A stretch of 64,000 bases of DNA, taken from positions 29,328,001 through 29,392,000 of the forward strand of contig NC_086109.1 in the NCBI RefSeq assembly GCF_963921235.1. The letters are read 5' to 3'. Below the pieces are notes generated by a model. That model ran no database searches. It saw only the letters and a program-made list of their open reading frames with translations, and was not told where the DNA came from. Position numbers and translations under genes: made by a program. Below are positions 13,721-26,633 of the stretch, piece by piece; the stretch's first letter is position 1; the number at the start of each line of letters is the position of its first letter. This DNA comes from Mobula hypostoma. Taxonomy: Eukaryota.

Positions 13721-15613
13721 GGGGACATCTGAAGGGAAAAGGATCTTCCAAAGAAACAATAGCTTTGAGTACAAGCTTTTCACAAATGATAGCCTGACAG
13801 CTTGGTTAAAAAGCTCCATACAGTTTATACAGAGATTATATTTGTTCAGATTGTATTCCTGTCCCCACTCAAAATGGTTATAATAGACTGATTCTCAACT
13901 GCATCTGCTTTCTTCACCATTTCCTAAAGACATTATGCCAAAATGTTGATGTCTCTTGAGAGGTAGCAAAATTTCACAGTATCAAAACTTGCTACACAAT
14001 GCATATAATGAGCACTTAGCAAACTCAAAGGGGTGAAAATCTTACAAAAAGTAAGATTAAATATTGCTGTGAAATTTTGTTCTTATGTAATCCTTCATGG
14101 TCAAGATGACATGTTTCCACTCTTGCTACGCAGGTTCTGAGGTGAATGAAGAAGTCAATATAAGATCTACAGGTTTTGCTGCTGATAGGGCAGGAAATAC
14201 ATGACAGAGGCCAATGAGTGGGTGGTTCATGACATGTTTTACGCATTCTGTCTAGGTTTCCACTTGCTTCTGAGAACAAGCTCTACTTTCTCAGCGATAG
14301 CCCAAATCCTCCTCCTGCGTATTAATCAGTGAGGAGTGATTCCCACAATTTGCGGTGAATGTTAGACATTTCTGTGAACATTGAAAATTGATAGTACTGA
14401 CAGAATGGTTCTAAGAAAATGAAGCTTTCTCCTCACAAGTAATGTTCTCAGATTATTTATTTACTTTTTTATTACTTGCATGATTTGTCCTCTTTATCAC
14501 ATTGATTGTTTATCAGTCTTTGGTGTTTATAGTTTTTTATAAACTCTATTGTATTTCTTTATTTTCGTGTAAATGCCAGCAAGAAAATTTAATTGTCATT
14601 CAACCATACACATGTATACAACTAAACGAAATAGTGTTCCTCCAGGAAAATGCAGAACACAGTTCATATAGTCACACACAACAACACATAGCACATAAAG
14701 TTTCAATAGCACATACATTTACAAAATAATAGAAGGTCAAGTACATGAATAGCAAAGCCTGAAGATTGATAGTGCATTGGGATTTTTGCCCTGGAGCCAC
14801 GTTTTTGCCAGACAAGAATGCAGCAGTTCCTCATCTCACGCCGGGTCAGCCGCAGATGAAAGCAATCCAGCTTGTCTTTCGAGGATTGAAAATGGAGAGC
14901 AGCTTCAAAGGGAGAGCCAAACTACGGGGGCCAGCCCCAACCCTGCACTGATCCCAGTGCACCCACCACACTGCTGTTCTCTCCCACCCCACCTCAGGGG
15001 ACTCCTCCTCTGGGTGGCTGTAGCCAGCGATGCAGCCGAATGATGACCTGGTCCACACAACAGAGCCACTTAGCTCCCCCACCTTATGTCTCATAATGAA
15101 CCAATGAACCAATGTCTAACAGGGTCTTGTGTTCAGAAGAAAAACACTTAAGACAAAGATTTGCACCATTTGTTGGACCCACCACCTTGCTGAAATTGCA
15201 TTAATATTTAAGCACTAATATTTAGACATTTTTGTTCATCATGATGATGAACAAAAAAATTCAAGATCAAATCTGAATTTTAAAAAATCTGGTCAAAATC
15301 TGCATTCCTATGATAATAGCTTGAGAGGAATAATAAATCAGCCATGAAAGAATGGTGGAGCAAACTCGATGGGCCAAATGGCCTAATTCTGCTACTATGT
15401 CTTATGGTCTTATGGAAACTTGGTTCATCTACTCACTACAGTACCTTAAAAGCTTGTTAAAAATGTTTGCCAAGCAGATCATCTTCAGGTTAATACCAGT
15501 ACAATGCTTAACTTTTTGTGTTCTTTTCTTGAAGGCAGTTTTATTCAAAAAGGATAAACTTTGTATTCATTCTGTAGCATACAGAAGGGTAAATACTATT
15601 TGCCTCTCCTTTG

Positions 15614-16151
15614 TGTGACGCCCTGGGAAAAGTTTCACTGTTAATGTAATGGTTTCTCTGTAGTTGCAGTGTATGGGTTATGACTAGAGATAACGGGGGC
15701 TTTGGAATTTGCGCTGTCCAGTGAGGGGAGTGTTTTTCTTTCTTGTGTGCCCGAGAACAAGGGATTCGTAGGCTTTTGTTTGGTGGAAGATGGAGAGAGA
15801 AGATGCCAGAACGGGGAGGTCATAGACTGCAGGACAGAGTGGACGTGGAATGAGGCTGGGAGTCAACGACGCCCGGGGGAAAACCATGAGCTCTGAAGTA
15901 CACATTAGACTGTTTTATTAAAATGGGCTCTTCTCTTTTTGTTTTTTTCTTTACTAACCCTCCAGTCAAATTAAGAATTACAAAGCTAAGTTGTTTAATT
16001 GCATATGGTATACTGTTTGTTATTTTGTGGTACTGATTTGTAACGAGGAAAACATCACATAACATCCACTCGAATGAAATTTCACAAGTTTGGCAGGGCC
16101 GGAGACTGTCTTCCCCTAGACTAAAGACACCAGCCGAACCTAAGGGTTACA
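15614..16151 (+). mobile_element. LTR-like element (probable solo LTR)
   Basis: Bounded by TGTGACGCCCT...AGGGTTACA (TG...CA with short inverted ends). Flanks TTTG/TTAG are only a 3/4 TSD match. Confidence 0.5.
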
Positions 16152-16381
16152 TTAGTTTCATAAAAGTGTCTAGCATTGCTATTTCCTAGCATTGTGTCCT
16201 TTGTATAACTCATACAAAGTGCTATACTGAGATCCTATCTTCTTATTAAAGAATACTTACCTTTAACTGCCAGCATACTTAAAGAAGCTTAAAACACGTA
16301 CTATAGTGACCTGTGGCAAGCTATGAGACTCTACAATTATGATTAACTGTATAATGATCCGTAGGTTACCATCAAATTTTA

Positions 16382-16793
16382 AGACGAGCAGTAGAAGGGC
16401 AATCACCCGAGTGGAGTATGATGTTCTCCTACAGGGTTAATCTGGGATATTAGGGAGGACTCCGTAACGGAGAATGGCTGCGTGTGACTTTGTTTCATGT
16501 GGGGAGGTTTGTGCGCAGGCAGCCACAACATGGTACATGACAGACGAGGGTCAGGATCCAGTGGCATGGGTCCCCTTCACTGCTGCAGCCTTCTTCCGAC
16601 TTCACTGCTATGGTGATGTGCCATTTATCTTCTGCCACCTCCGCCATTGAGGCCTCAGTTGGATTGCTCTTTATCTGGAACTTCCCCCTTGATCTCACCA
16701 CCAGGGGTGACCCTACAAGGAGCTAAGCACCAGATGGCATCACTCTCAGGATCACAGGAACTCAGAAGCCTCTCCACCATGATCCTCGGAGAA
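16382..16793 (-). mobile_element. RTE-derived short non-autonomous retroposon, related to 24973-25373
   Basis: The reverse complement has GGTGGAGAGGCTTCTGAGTTCCTGTGATCCTGAGAGTGATGCCATCTGG...GTAGGGTCACCCCTGG, homologous to 24999-25075. Confidence 0.7.
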
Positions 16794-17127
16794 TGAGGGT
16801 ACATTACACATTGGAAAAGTTACTGGATCGGTATCCGCAGGCCAGGTTTAATAGCCTAGAGATGCAGCTTCAAAGCAATAATCCCAGTTGAGTGTCTGTA
16901 ACAGTGAGCACAAAACTACCAAATATTTTGAAGACCTTCCTCTGGTTCATGAACAGCCTTGGGTAATAGAAAACTGGCCTTGTTATCTGTCTGGTCTACA
17001 CACAGCTCCAGTCCTGCAGCTTGACTTTTAATTGCCCCCTGAAACTATCCAGCAAACCATTCAATTTAGGAACAGCCTGAAACCCAGTGTAAACCAGTAA
17101 ATTTTCCATAGCTGATTGAGAGAAATA

Positions 17128-18200
17128 GAATCAGAATCAGGTTTATGACGTGGAATTTGTTAACTCTACGGCAGCAATACAATGAAATATATGATAATAA
17201 ATGTAGAGAAAAAAACTGAGTTACATTAAGTATTTATATGTCTATTAAGTTAAAATAAAGTAGTGCAAAAAAAATAGAATTAAAAAAGTAGTGAGGTAGT
17301 GTTCAACATCCATTTAGAAATTGGATGGCAGAGGGGAAGTTATCCCTGAATCACTGAGTGCATGCCTTTAGGCTTCTGTACCTCCTTCTTGATGGTAACA
17401 ATAAGAAAAGGGCATGGCCTGGGTGGTGGGAGGGGGGGTCGTTAATAATGGACGCCACCTTCCTAAGGCACCTCTGTGGAGGCTAGTACCCATGATGGAG
17501 CTGACTAATTTTACAAGTTTCTGCAATTTACTTCGATCTTGTAAAAGGAATAAAAGCACACAGAATATAAAGGTCACAAGTCTGAAAAAGTTCACAGTCC
17601 ATAAACACAATAGTCCAATCCATAAATGTAGAACCATGATACCATCCTATGCTAACATCGACATTCGTTGAAAGAGAAGGACACCACAGGAGGCAGAGAG
17701 CCTCCCCACATGCGACAGCAAGCCACACAGTGATAGGCTGCTCACAGAATCCTTCTCTAGCAGCAATCAAAAGGCAGGCAATCAGCACTGAAAGTCTCAC
17801 TTGCCTTCTGCATTTGCCTCGATGCTTTAATCAGCTACTAATGGCTGCTTTAAATTGTGAAATGGCGTTGCACGTCAGCATGTGCCCCGTCTTGAAATTT
17901 CTTCACATCGAGGTACACACCTCCTTCCTGGAATTTTCTTGGAAACAGCAAAATGCTGGATCACTCAAACAGTCACCAAACTGTAAATCACAGGCCCTAA
18001 CAGTCCCAGAAACACATTCAAGGTGAAAAACAGACGTAAAAGAAGTAAAAAATATTTTTTCGTTAGCCATCTGGAAGATGTCAACCATGGGAGCGTTGTA
18101 CACTGGCGCCATCTTAACAGGAGCACAGAGGCTCCCCCCATACCAGGCAGTAATGCAGCCTGTCAGAATGCTCTCCATGGTACATTTGTGGAAGTTTTTA
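17128..18200 (-). mobile_element. Rex/Babar LINE 3' end with (TCTGAT)n tail, interrupted by an AAGATGGCGCC-headed element (~17540-18120)
   Basis: Tail AGAATCAGAATCAGGTTTA at 17128. The LINE frame (DRSKLQKLVKLVSSIMGTSL) is joined to ESILTGCITAWYGG at ~18125-18180. Confidence 0.8.
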
Positions 18201-19002
18201 CATGTTTTATTAGTGCTAGGAATGATAGATAAACAGGTACAGAATGGAATCCTGAGCTATTTTCTTCGATTTCCTTTCTTTGCAGAAGTTGATGTACTTG
18301 ATGTGAATTTACAGAATAAAAAAATAGGATAACAAGCAATGCTTAAGGATAATTTTTTTCTCTTTGTTCTTCCCCCATCCTCTCCTGATGATGATTGTTC
18401 ACACTGTATGTCATTAACCCAGATTACAAACTAACCCAGGCTACAATGGGAATATTAGCAAGTAAGGCTGTTCCAAAACATTGAATATCATAAACATAGT
18501 TTCATCAGCTGACTTTCCATTTGAACATGTTCATGGATTGTGAACCAAGAATCCCAGATGAATTTGTTTGCCATTCCGAGCAGATCAAATGTTTTTCTTC
18601 AACTGCCATCTCAGAAAAGATCAGCTGAAACACCAGTCAAGAACTTGAACCCAAGGTCTTGGCAACACATACAAGTTAACCAGCTCCTGTAGAGTGCAAC
18701 ATTCCACTTAAAAACAAAGCAATCTGCAATGTAGTTTTTTAAAAAGTCAATCTGTTCTACATTCCAATGAACCACAACACAAAACGTCTGCAACTGCTCA
18801 CCCTGAAAATGATATTTTGTGGAAATTGTCTCACAACAGCAAGTTACAAACAATAAATTTGACATGGCACAAGCATATGCTTTATTTTAATATTACATAT
18901 GTTTTCTTTCAATATCAGCTATGGTTTTCAATGTTTGCTACAAGATGATAGAATGATGGTGGTCTCCAATTCCAATTTGACATTCAGAAATAAAGTCCTA
19001 TA

Positions 19003-19520
19003 ATCAGAATCAGGTTTATTATAGCTGACATATGTTGTGAAATTTGCTGTTTTCATACAGCAGGATAGTGTAAATTACTAAAAGTTACTAAAATAAACAG
19101 ATAGTGCAGAACAGGAACAGAGAGATAGTGTTCACGGACCATTCCGAAATGTCATGGTGGAGGGGAAGAAGTGTTTCTAAGACATTCAAAGATCAAAGTT
19201 CAAAGTAAATTTGTTAACAAAGTACATATATTTCACCTGAGATTCATTTTTGTGGGAATATTAATAAATCTATAGAATAATAACCATAACAGGAACTGAG
19301 CTGTATCCACTACTTTTTGCAGGATTTTCCATTCAAGGGCATTGGTGAGCCCATACCAGGCTATGATGAAGTCAGTCAATATACTCCCCACTGCACATTT
19401 ATAGAAGTTTGCCGAAGTTTCAGATGTCACATGCCAAAACTTCGCAAACTCATACGTGCAATTGCCTAGGACAGGTGCTCCGAAATAATAACACCAAGGA
19501 ACGTGAAGTTGCCGACCCTC
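19003..19520 (-). mobile_element. Rex/Babar LINE 3' fragments
   Basis: ATCAGAATCAGG tail; ORF 19233..19430 reads NFYKCAVGSILTDFIIAWYG. Confidence 0.75.
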
Positions 19521-20649
19521 TCGATGAAAACATTGAGTATGGGTCTCAATATAAATGAATCGTTCTGCAATTAACAGGTCCTGCTACAAAATTAATCAGC
19601 ACAATCATATGCTGCAGAAGTACCCTTGCACTGCATATAACGCACAAAACAATTAGACACCTGTAAGGGCAATATATTATAATGATGAAGACTTCATATC
19701 TCATAGACATACATGGAAAACATTTACAATACTTAGCTCCTGATTTAATTATTACATTATTAATGTTCATGGGTCAGATTTTACATTTGTAACCTTTCTG
19801 GACTGAAAAAGAATAAGAAAATAATATGACATTGAGATGTCAGTTGATAGAACAATAATTTGCACCTGCATACCACTTTGTTCACTGTCTGTCAGGAGAA
19901 AGGTCAATGGGGATTAGAAAATGTGATACCTGTCTAATTACAGTCACTGTCCCCTGTACAATCTTAGTTATGACAGAAAAAAAACATGTGAGTGATCCCT
20001 AGAGAACAGTTATTTGGAGATAATAAAAGACTGAACAATTTTGTAAAATTAAATTTTTATTAAATTGAATACTGAAATTGTTGAAAGAATTAGCTTTCAC
20101 AAAATAAGCTTGTCGACTAAAACAATAATTAGTTTCAGCACTCATCATGTTGAAATTTTTTAAAATTCTCATTTTCACTTTGTAAGTCAGAACAAAAGAC
20201 AATGACCATGAAGCTGCAAGAGTGAGATTTTAATATATCTTATGAAAAGATAATGATTGATTTTTTATCATATCAACTGTTCAGCTTTTATAACAAGGTT
20301 CACTGCTTCTTATTGCTGCAAAGTCCATTTGTGCTTGAGTTATCATCTGCAATTTTGTATTAAAATATACAACAATTGTCCAGATTTTGCTGGAATGCTG
20401 AAAGCTCCTCTGTAATGGTATTTAATGCAAGTGCCTTATCCTACTAAGATTCCCAAACATTTTTACTGGGATCTCTCTGGGATCCTGCACCTGGTTTCTT
20501 TCTCTCAACATTTCTTAATGAGCCTGTGAAATATAAAATTTTCTAATAAAGGAATATTCCTGAAGTGAGGTGAGAGAATTTTGGAAGATGGTTTTTTGTT
20601 TGCACCCAGAACAGTCTCATCAACTATCTATAAGTCCCTGGTAATACTT

Positions 20650-20900
20650 TAGGTGGCAAGCATAATTGCTTTACGGTGCCAACGATCACTGATCGAGATT
20701 CGATTCCCACCGCTGTCTGTAAGGGGTTTGTACATTTTCATCTGTGACTGTGTCAGTTTATTCTGTGTGCTCATTTCCTCCCACGTTCCAAAGATGTATG
20801 GTTACGTTTTGCAAGTGTTGGGCATGTTGTGTTGGCACTGGAAGCATGGCAACACTTGCGGGCTGCCCCAGCATAATGCTCACTGATTTGATGTAGCCAA
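20650..20900 (+). mobile_element. tRNA/V-SINE-like element (decayed)
   Basis: GATTCGATTCCCACCGCTGTCTGTAAGGGGTTTGTAC...TTTCCTCCCACGTTCCAAAGA. Confidence 0.7.
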
Positions 20901-20902
20901 CA

Positions 20903-21800
20903 TTGAATTGAATTGAATTGACTTTATTACTTGCATCCTTCGCATACGTGAGGAGTAAAAATCTTTACATTACGTCTCCGTCCAAATGTGCAATGTGCAA
21001 TTTATAGTAATTTGTAATAAATAGTGTGTATAACAAGACAGTCAATATAGCATAGAAATACAATTGTATCAGCATGAATTAATCAATCTGATGGCCTGGT
21101 GGAAGAAGCTGTCCCGGAGCCTGTTGGTCCTGGCTTTTATGTTGTGGTACCGTTTCCCGGATGGTAGCAGCTGGAACAGTTTGTGGTTGGGGTGACTCGG
21201 GTCCCCAATGATCCTTCAGGCCTTTTTACACACCTGTCTCCATAAATGTCCTGAACAGTGGGAAGTTCACATCTACAGATACACTACACTGTCCGCAACA
21301 CTCTCTGTAGAGGCTTGCGATTGTGGGAGGTACAGTTTCCATACAGGCAATGATGCAGCCAGTCAGGATGCTCTCAGTTGTGCTGCTGTAGAAAGCCCTT
21401 AGTATTTGGGGACCCATACCAAACTTCTTCAATCGTCTAAGGTGAAAAAGGCGCTGTTTAAAGCCGTTCACCCTCTCAACCGCAGGTCCATTGATGTCAA
21501 TAGGGGTTAGTCTGTCACCATTCCTCCTGTATTCCACAACCAGCTCCTTTGTTTTTCCAACATTGAGGAAAAGGATGTTTTCTTGACACCACTGTGTCAA
21601 GGTGAAGACTTCTTCTCTGTAGGCTGCCTCGTTATTATTTGAGATTAGGTCAATCAATGTAGTATCATCAGCAAATTTAATTAGCAGATTAGAGCTGTGG
21701 GTGGTGACACATTCATGGGTGTACAGAGAGTAAAGGAGGAGGATTAGGACACAGCCCTGAGGAGCACCTGTGTTGAGGGTCAGAGGTGAGGGAGCCTACT
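20903..21800 (-). mobile_element. Rex/Babar LINE 3' half, relatively young, with (TTCAA)n tail
   Basis: ORF 21226..21657 reads NNEAAYREEV..LTQWCQEN.LFLNVGKTKELVV...ESILTGCI. The tail reads ATTGAATTGAATTGAATTG on the + strand. Confidence 0.9.
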
Positions 21801-22404
21801 CTTACTGTATGTTTTGATGTACATGTGACAAACACAGCTAATCTTAATCATCTGATTCCGCAAATTTGTCATTCGGAATTTTCGCAATGTCCCCATCCCT
21901 TGTTCAGTTCATTATTCCTTGGGATGCATGCTCTGCATTTGTTGTGGGCAATGAATCTACAATTGGCTTCAGCAACCTTTGAAGAAGAAAGTTGTCTTCA
22001 GATTCCCTTCTCTGATTGGTATTCAGATATCGTGGCTAAAATCATGAGAGGAAATATTTGAAAAGACAATTTTTGTTTTCTCATTTGTAAATTTTTTTGC
22101 AAATGGATTGAAAAGTTCACTGATGGAATGTTCAGAAATACTTTTACACTCTAGCCACTTTTTCAACATATTTCCGCTTTGGGGACAAAGACTGACAATG
22201 TATGCATCGTATTATTTTATTTATTTGTATTAGGTCATCCCTCAGCCTCCAGCTTCAGAGGGAACAATTTGCCTGACCAACTTAGAAACAGTTCCTTCAA
22301 TCTACCATCTCCATGTAAACATTACATCCCTCTTTACGCTATTTCTATTTACCAGCAGTTAGCTATAGCCTTTTATACCCTGGTGACTTAAATGCACGTC
22401 AGCA

Positions 22405-22524
22405 AACAAGAGAAAATCTGCAGATGCTGAAAATCCAAGCAACACACAATGCTGGAGGAACTCAGCAGGCCAGGCAGCATCTGCGGAAGAGTACAGTCGA
22501 CATTTCGGGCCGAGGCCCTTCACC
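22405..22524 (-). mobile_element. Penelope terminal repeat with hammerhead-like motif
   Basis: The reverse complement contains CTGGTGAAGGGCCTCGGCCCGAAATGTCGACTG followed by the family 3' end. Confidence 0.8.
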
Positions 22525-22529
22525 AGCAT

Positions 22530-22908
22530 TGTTGCAAGGACGTGGCTGGGGACGAACCCAAGAGCAGGACACAGGCATGGGGACAAGGTCGTGGGGCGCT
22601 AGCACAGCCGCGGACGTGGAACAGGTATCCAGGAGAGTCTTTTCACGGAAACAAGGTTTACATAGACGATCCAGGGAATGGTGCGGAACTTAGAACGGAC
22701 AGTCCTGAGGAATCAGGAAACGAGGTTTACACAAACGAACTGGTGAAGCATGGCTGTGACGCCAGAGTTCTTATCCTATGTTCGCTAATGGGAAGCAGGT
22801 GTGCTGTAATTAATGGAAATAGCAATAATTGGGAATCAGCCAACGGGAATTAAGGCACAATCAATGAGATAATAGCAAGATGGGGAACTGCCAGACGGGA
22901 CCATGACA
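22530..22908 (-). mobile_element. Solo LTR (379 bp) with 5-bp TSD AGCAT
   Basis: TGTTGC...CATGACA termini, flanked by AGCAT at 22525-22529 and 22909-22913. Confidence 0.85.
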
Positions 22909-23360
22909 AGCATATGTCGTGAAATTTGTTAACTTTACAGCAGCAGTACAATTAAATACATGATAAATAAATATGGAGAAAAAAACTGTGACATTAAGTG
23001 TGTGTGTGTGTGTGTGTGTATATATAGATATGTGTGTGTGTGTATATATATATGTGTGTGTGTGCATGTGTATATATATATGTGTGTGTGTATGTATATA
23101 TATGTGTGTGTGTGTGTGTGTGCGTGTGTATATATGTGTGTGTATGTATATATATATGTGTGTGTGTATATATATGTGTGTGTGTGTGTGTATGTATATA
23201 TATGTGTGTGTGTGTATGTGTGTGTACATATATATGTGTGTATGTGTGTTTGTATATATATGCGCGTGTGTATGTGTGTGTGTATATATATGTGTGTATG
23301 TGTGTGTGCATATATATATGTGTGTGTATATATGTGTGTGTATATATATGTGTGTGTGTA

Positions 23361-23393
<33 letters not shown>

Positions 23394-23570
23394 ATGTGTG
23401 TGCACGTGTGTGTATATATATGTGTGTGTGTATATGTGTGTGTGTGTGTATATATATATGTGTGTGTGAGCGTATATATGTGTGTGTATATGTGTGTGTG
23501 TATATATGTGTGTGTGTATATATGTGTGTGTGTATATGTGTGTGTATGTGTGTGTGTATATGTGTGTGTA

Positions 23571-23619
<49 letters not shown>

Positions 23620-24132
23620 ATGTGTATGTGTGTGTATATATATGTGTGTGTGTATGTGTATGTGTATATGTGTGTGTGTGTATATATATGTGTGTGTATG
23701 TGTATGTGTGTGTATATATGTGTGTGTATGTGTGTGTGTGTATATATATGTGTGTGTGTATGTGTGTGCGCATGTGTGTATATATATGTGTGTGTGTATA
23801 TGTGTGTGTGTGCGTGTGTGTGTATATATGTGTGTGTGTATATATATATGTGTGTGTGTGTATGTGTGTGTGTGTATATATATATGCGTGTGTGTATGTG
23901 TATGTGTGTATATGTGTGTGTGTATGTGTATGTGTGTATATATATGTGTGTGTATGTGTGTGTGTATATGTGTGTGTGTATATATATATGTGTGTGTGTA
24001 TATGATGTGTGTGTATGTGTGTGTGCGTGTATGTGTGTGTGTGTGTATATATGTGTGTGTGTGTATATGATGTGTGTGTGTATGTGTGTGTGTGTGTGTA
24101 TATATATGTGTGTGTGTGTGTGTATGTGTGTG

Positions 24133-24220
<88 letters not shown>

Positions 24221-24520
24221 TTTTAAATAGTTAAGTTAAAATAAGTAATGCAAAATAACAGAAATTAAAAAGTAGTGAGGTAGTGTTCATGCATTCAACG
24301 TCCAAGGGTTCAATGTCCATTTAGAAATCGGATGGCAGAGGGGAAGAAGCTGTTCCTGAATCACTGAGTGTGTGCCTTCAGATTTCTGTACCTCCCTCCC
24401 AATGCTAACAGTGAGAAGAGGGTTTGCCCTGGGTGGTGGATATCCTTAATGATGGACGCCACCTTCCTAAGGCACCACTCCTGGAAGATGTCTTGAATAC
24501 TATGGAGGCTGGTACCCATC
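22909..24520 (-). mobile_element. Rex/Babar LINE 3' end hosting the microsatellite
   Basis: Both flanks align with the uninterrupted copy at 17140-17490. Confidence 0.8.
22998..24219. repeat. Complex (TG)n/(TA)n microsatellite, ~1.2 kb
   Basis: Directly visible. It produces the spurious VCVY/HTHI ORFs. Confidence 0.99.
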
Positions 24521-24972
24521 AGCTAAATCGCCTAAGTCTCCTTCTCTTTACCTTAAGCTTATGTCCTGTGGTTTTAGACATCCCTGCAATGGGGAGAAGT
24601 TACTTACTATCCTTCCTATCTATGCCTCTCATTATTTTATATACCTCTGTTAGATCCCACCTCAGCCACCGCTTCCTTATGTAAAATAAGCTCAGGCTGC
24701 TGCTTCTCATAATAAACCATTCTACTTTAGGCAATATCTGGGTGTAACTCTTTTCTGTTATATTCTTGAATCAAAAAATAAAACAAAAATAGCCCACTGA
24801 ATAGTCACATATCAATATCATCAGAATTCAGTGTAGCATCCTTATTTTGAGTTTTCTGAGTAGGGTTCAATTTCAAGTTTATCATCACCTGACTGTACAT
24901 ATATACAGCCAATATCCTTCTGGATCACAGTGCACCCACAATACATAAACTATATGTATCACACACAGCACA

Positions 24973-25373
24973 CTTCTCTGTGGATTGTCACCTTGTCGTG
25001 GTGGAGAAGCTTGCGTGGTCCTGTGATCCTGCGAGCAATGCTGTCTGGAGCTATCTCCTGGTAGGGTCACCCATGGCGGTAAGGTCAAGGGTGAGGTCCT
25101 TGACAAAGAACAATCCAGCCAAGACCTCAACGGCGGAACAGGTGGACGAAGTTACTTCGAACTCAACGGCTGTGAAGGCAGATGAAGGCTGCAACAATCG
25201 TCGTGGTTTCCATGCCATTGGAATCAGTTGGTTGATTTGTGAAGTATCGTGTGCTTCTTGAAGTGCAACAGCAAGTACACGTTAAACAAATACATGCACA
25301 GGCGCCTTCGCTCTGTGGGCCACTTCTTCAGAACGAAGACCATCATCCTCAACGTCGAGGGATAGCCATGAAG
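24973..25373 (+). mobile_element. RTE-derived bipartite short retroposon (401 bp) with 10-bp TSD
   Basis: RTE-like 5' head CACCTTGTCGTGGTGGAGAAGCTTG; TSD ACACAGCACA at 24963-24972 and 25374-25383. Confidence 0.8.
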
Positions 25374-25499
25374 ACACAGCACATAAAGTAAAATATTAGC
25401 AGAAATAAATAAAGAAATAAATTATAATTCAAAAATTCATGCAGTGTGTAGTGCAGGTAAACAGTAAATATTAAACAGTAAACTCCCAGCGATGAGATC

Positions 25500-25990
25500 T
25501 TGGTAGTGGTAGGATATTCATCAGTCTCACAGACTGCCAAAACAAGCTGTCACCCGGTCTGGCAGTTCTAGTCCTGATTCTCCTTTACCTCCTTCCTGAT
25601 GGTAGTGGGTCAACAAAATTGTGGGATGGGTGGTGGGGACCCTCGACAGTGCTGCAGGCTCTTTGTCTGCAACACTTCCAGTAAATGTCACAAATAGGAA
25701 GGTACGGAGACCCTGATGATCCTTTCGGTGGTTTTTACTAACCACATTAGAGTCTGGCAGTTTCCGTATCACACAATGACAGGACACTCTCGACAGTGCT
25801 CCTGTAGAAAGTTGTTGGAAGGATAGCAGAGAGACTTGCACAGTTCAGTCTCCTCCGAACGTGTAGATGTTGCTTTGCCTTCTTAACTAATGAGGAGGTG
25901 TCGTGGATACAGGCTATATCATCCATTCTGTGCCCTTTGTGCTCTTCACTCTATCCACAGTAGAGCCATTGATATGCAATGGAGAGTAGT
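25500..25990 (-). mobile_element. Decayed Rex/Babar LINE 3' fragment
   Basis: CTCCTTCCTGATGGTAGTGGGTC...CACTCTCGACAGTGCTCCTGTAGAAAG is homologous to the other Rex 3' ends. Confidence 0.7.
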
Positions 25991-26633
25991 ATTGGAGAGC
26001 AATAATAACAAAAATCAAATCAATACAATTTGTTCAGCTTGCTTAAAGAATACAGCCCTCAAATTATATCCTTAATTTTATTATGGTAGATTAAAGAGCA
26101 AATATCAATCTTAATATTAGAAATGAAGAAATGTTTTATAAAATCACCTAAGAAATTCAATACCTTTAAAATTTAATCCATATCTTAATCTACAATTATA
26201 TTTTTTCTTGACACGTAGACACAATGAATATATAGCGATATGAATATTTAAAAAACGTGATTCCACATTTTGGCAATAGTTTCTTTAACAATTGTACAGA
26301 ATTAGATTTTATCATAGTAACATCTAAAAATGTAATGCATTGACAATTCATCTTGCATAAAAGCATAAGAAATACCAGTGGAGTATGTTGTGAATTTCAT
26401 TTGTTTTACAGCAGCAGTATTTTGTAAAACATAATAATAAGCAGTCTAAATTTATAACAAGTGTATATTAAAATAATTAAATAAGTACTGCAAAAAGAGA
26501 GGGAAAAATACTAAGGTAGTGTTCATTGTCCATTCAGAAATCTGATGGCAGAAGGGAAGAAGCTGTTCCTGAGTCTTCAGGCTCCTGTACCTCCTTCTTG
26601 TTGGTGGCAATGAGGAGAGGGCATGTCCTGGAT

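Noticed and set aside
22861..24234. Long ORFs of up to 365 aa rich in C/V/Y/M or H/T/I
   Set aside because: Translations of the TG/TA microsatellite, which lacks stop codons in several frames. Not genes.
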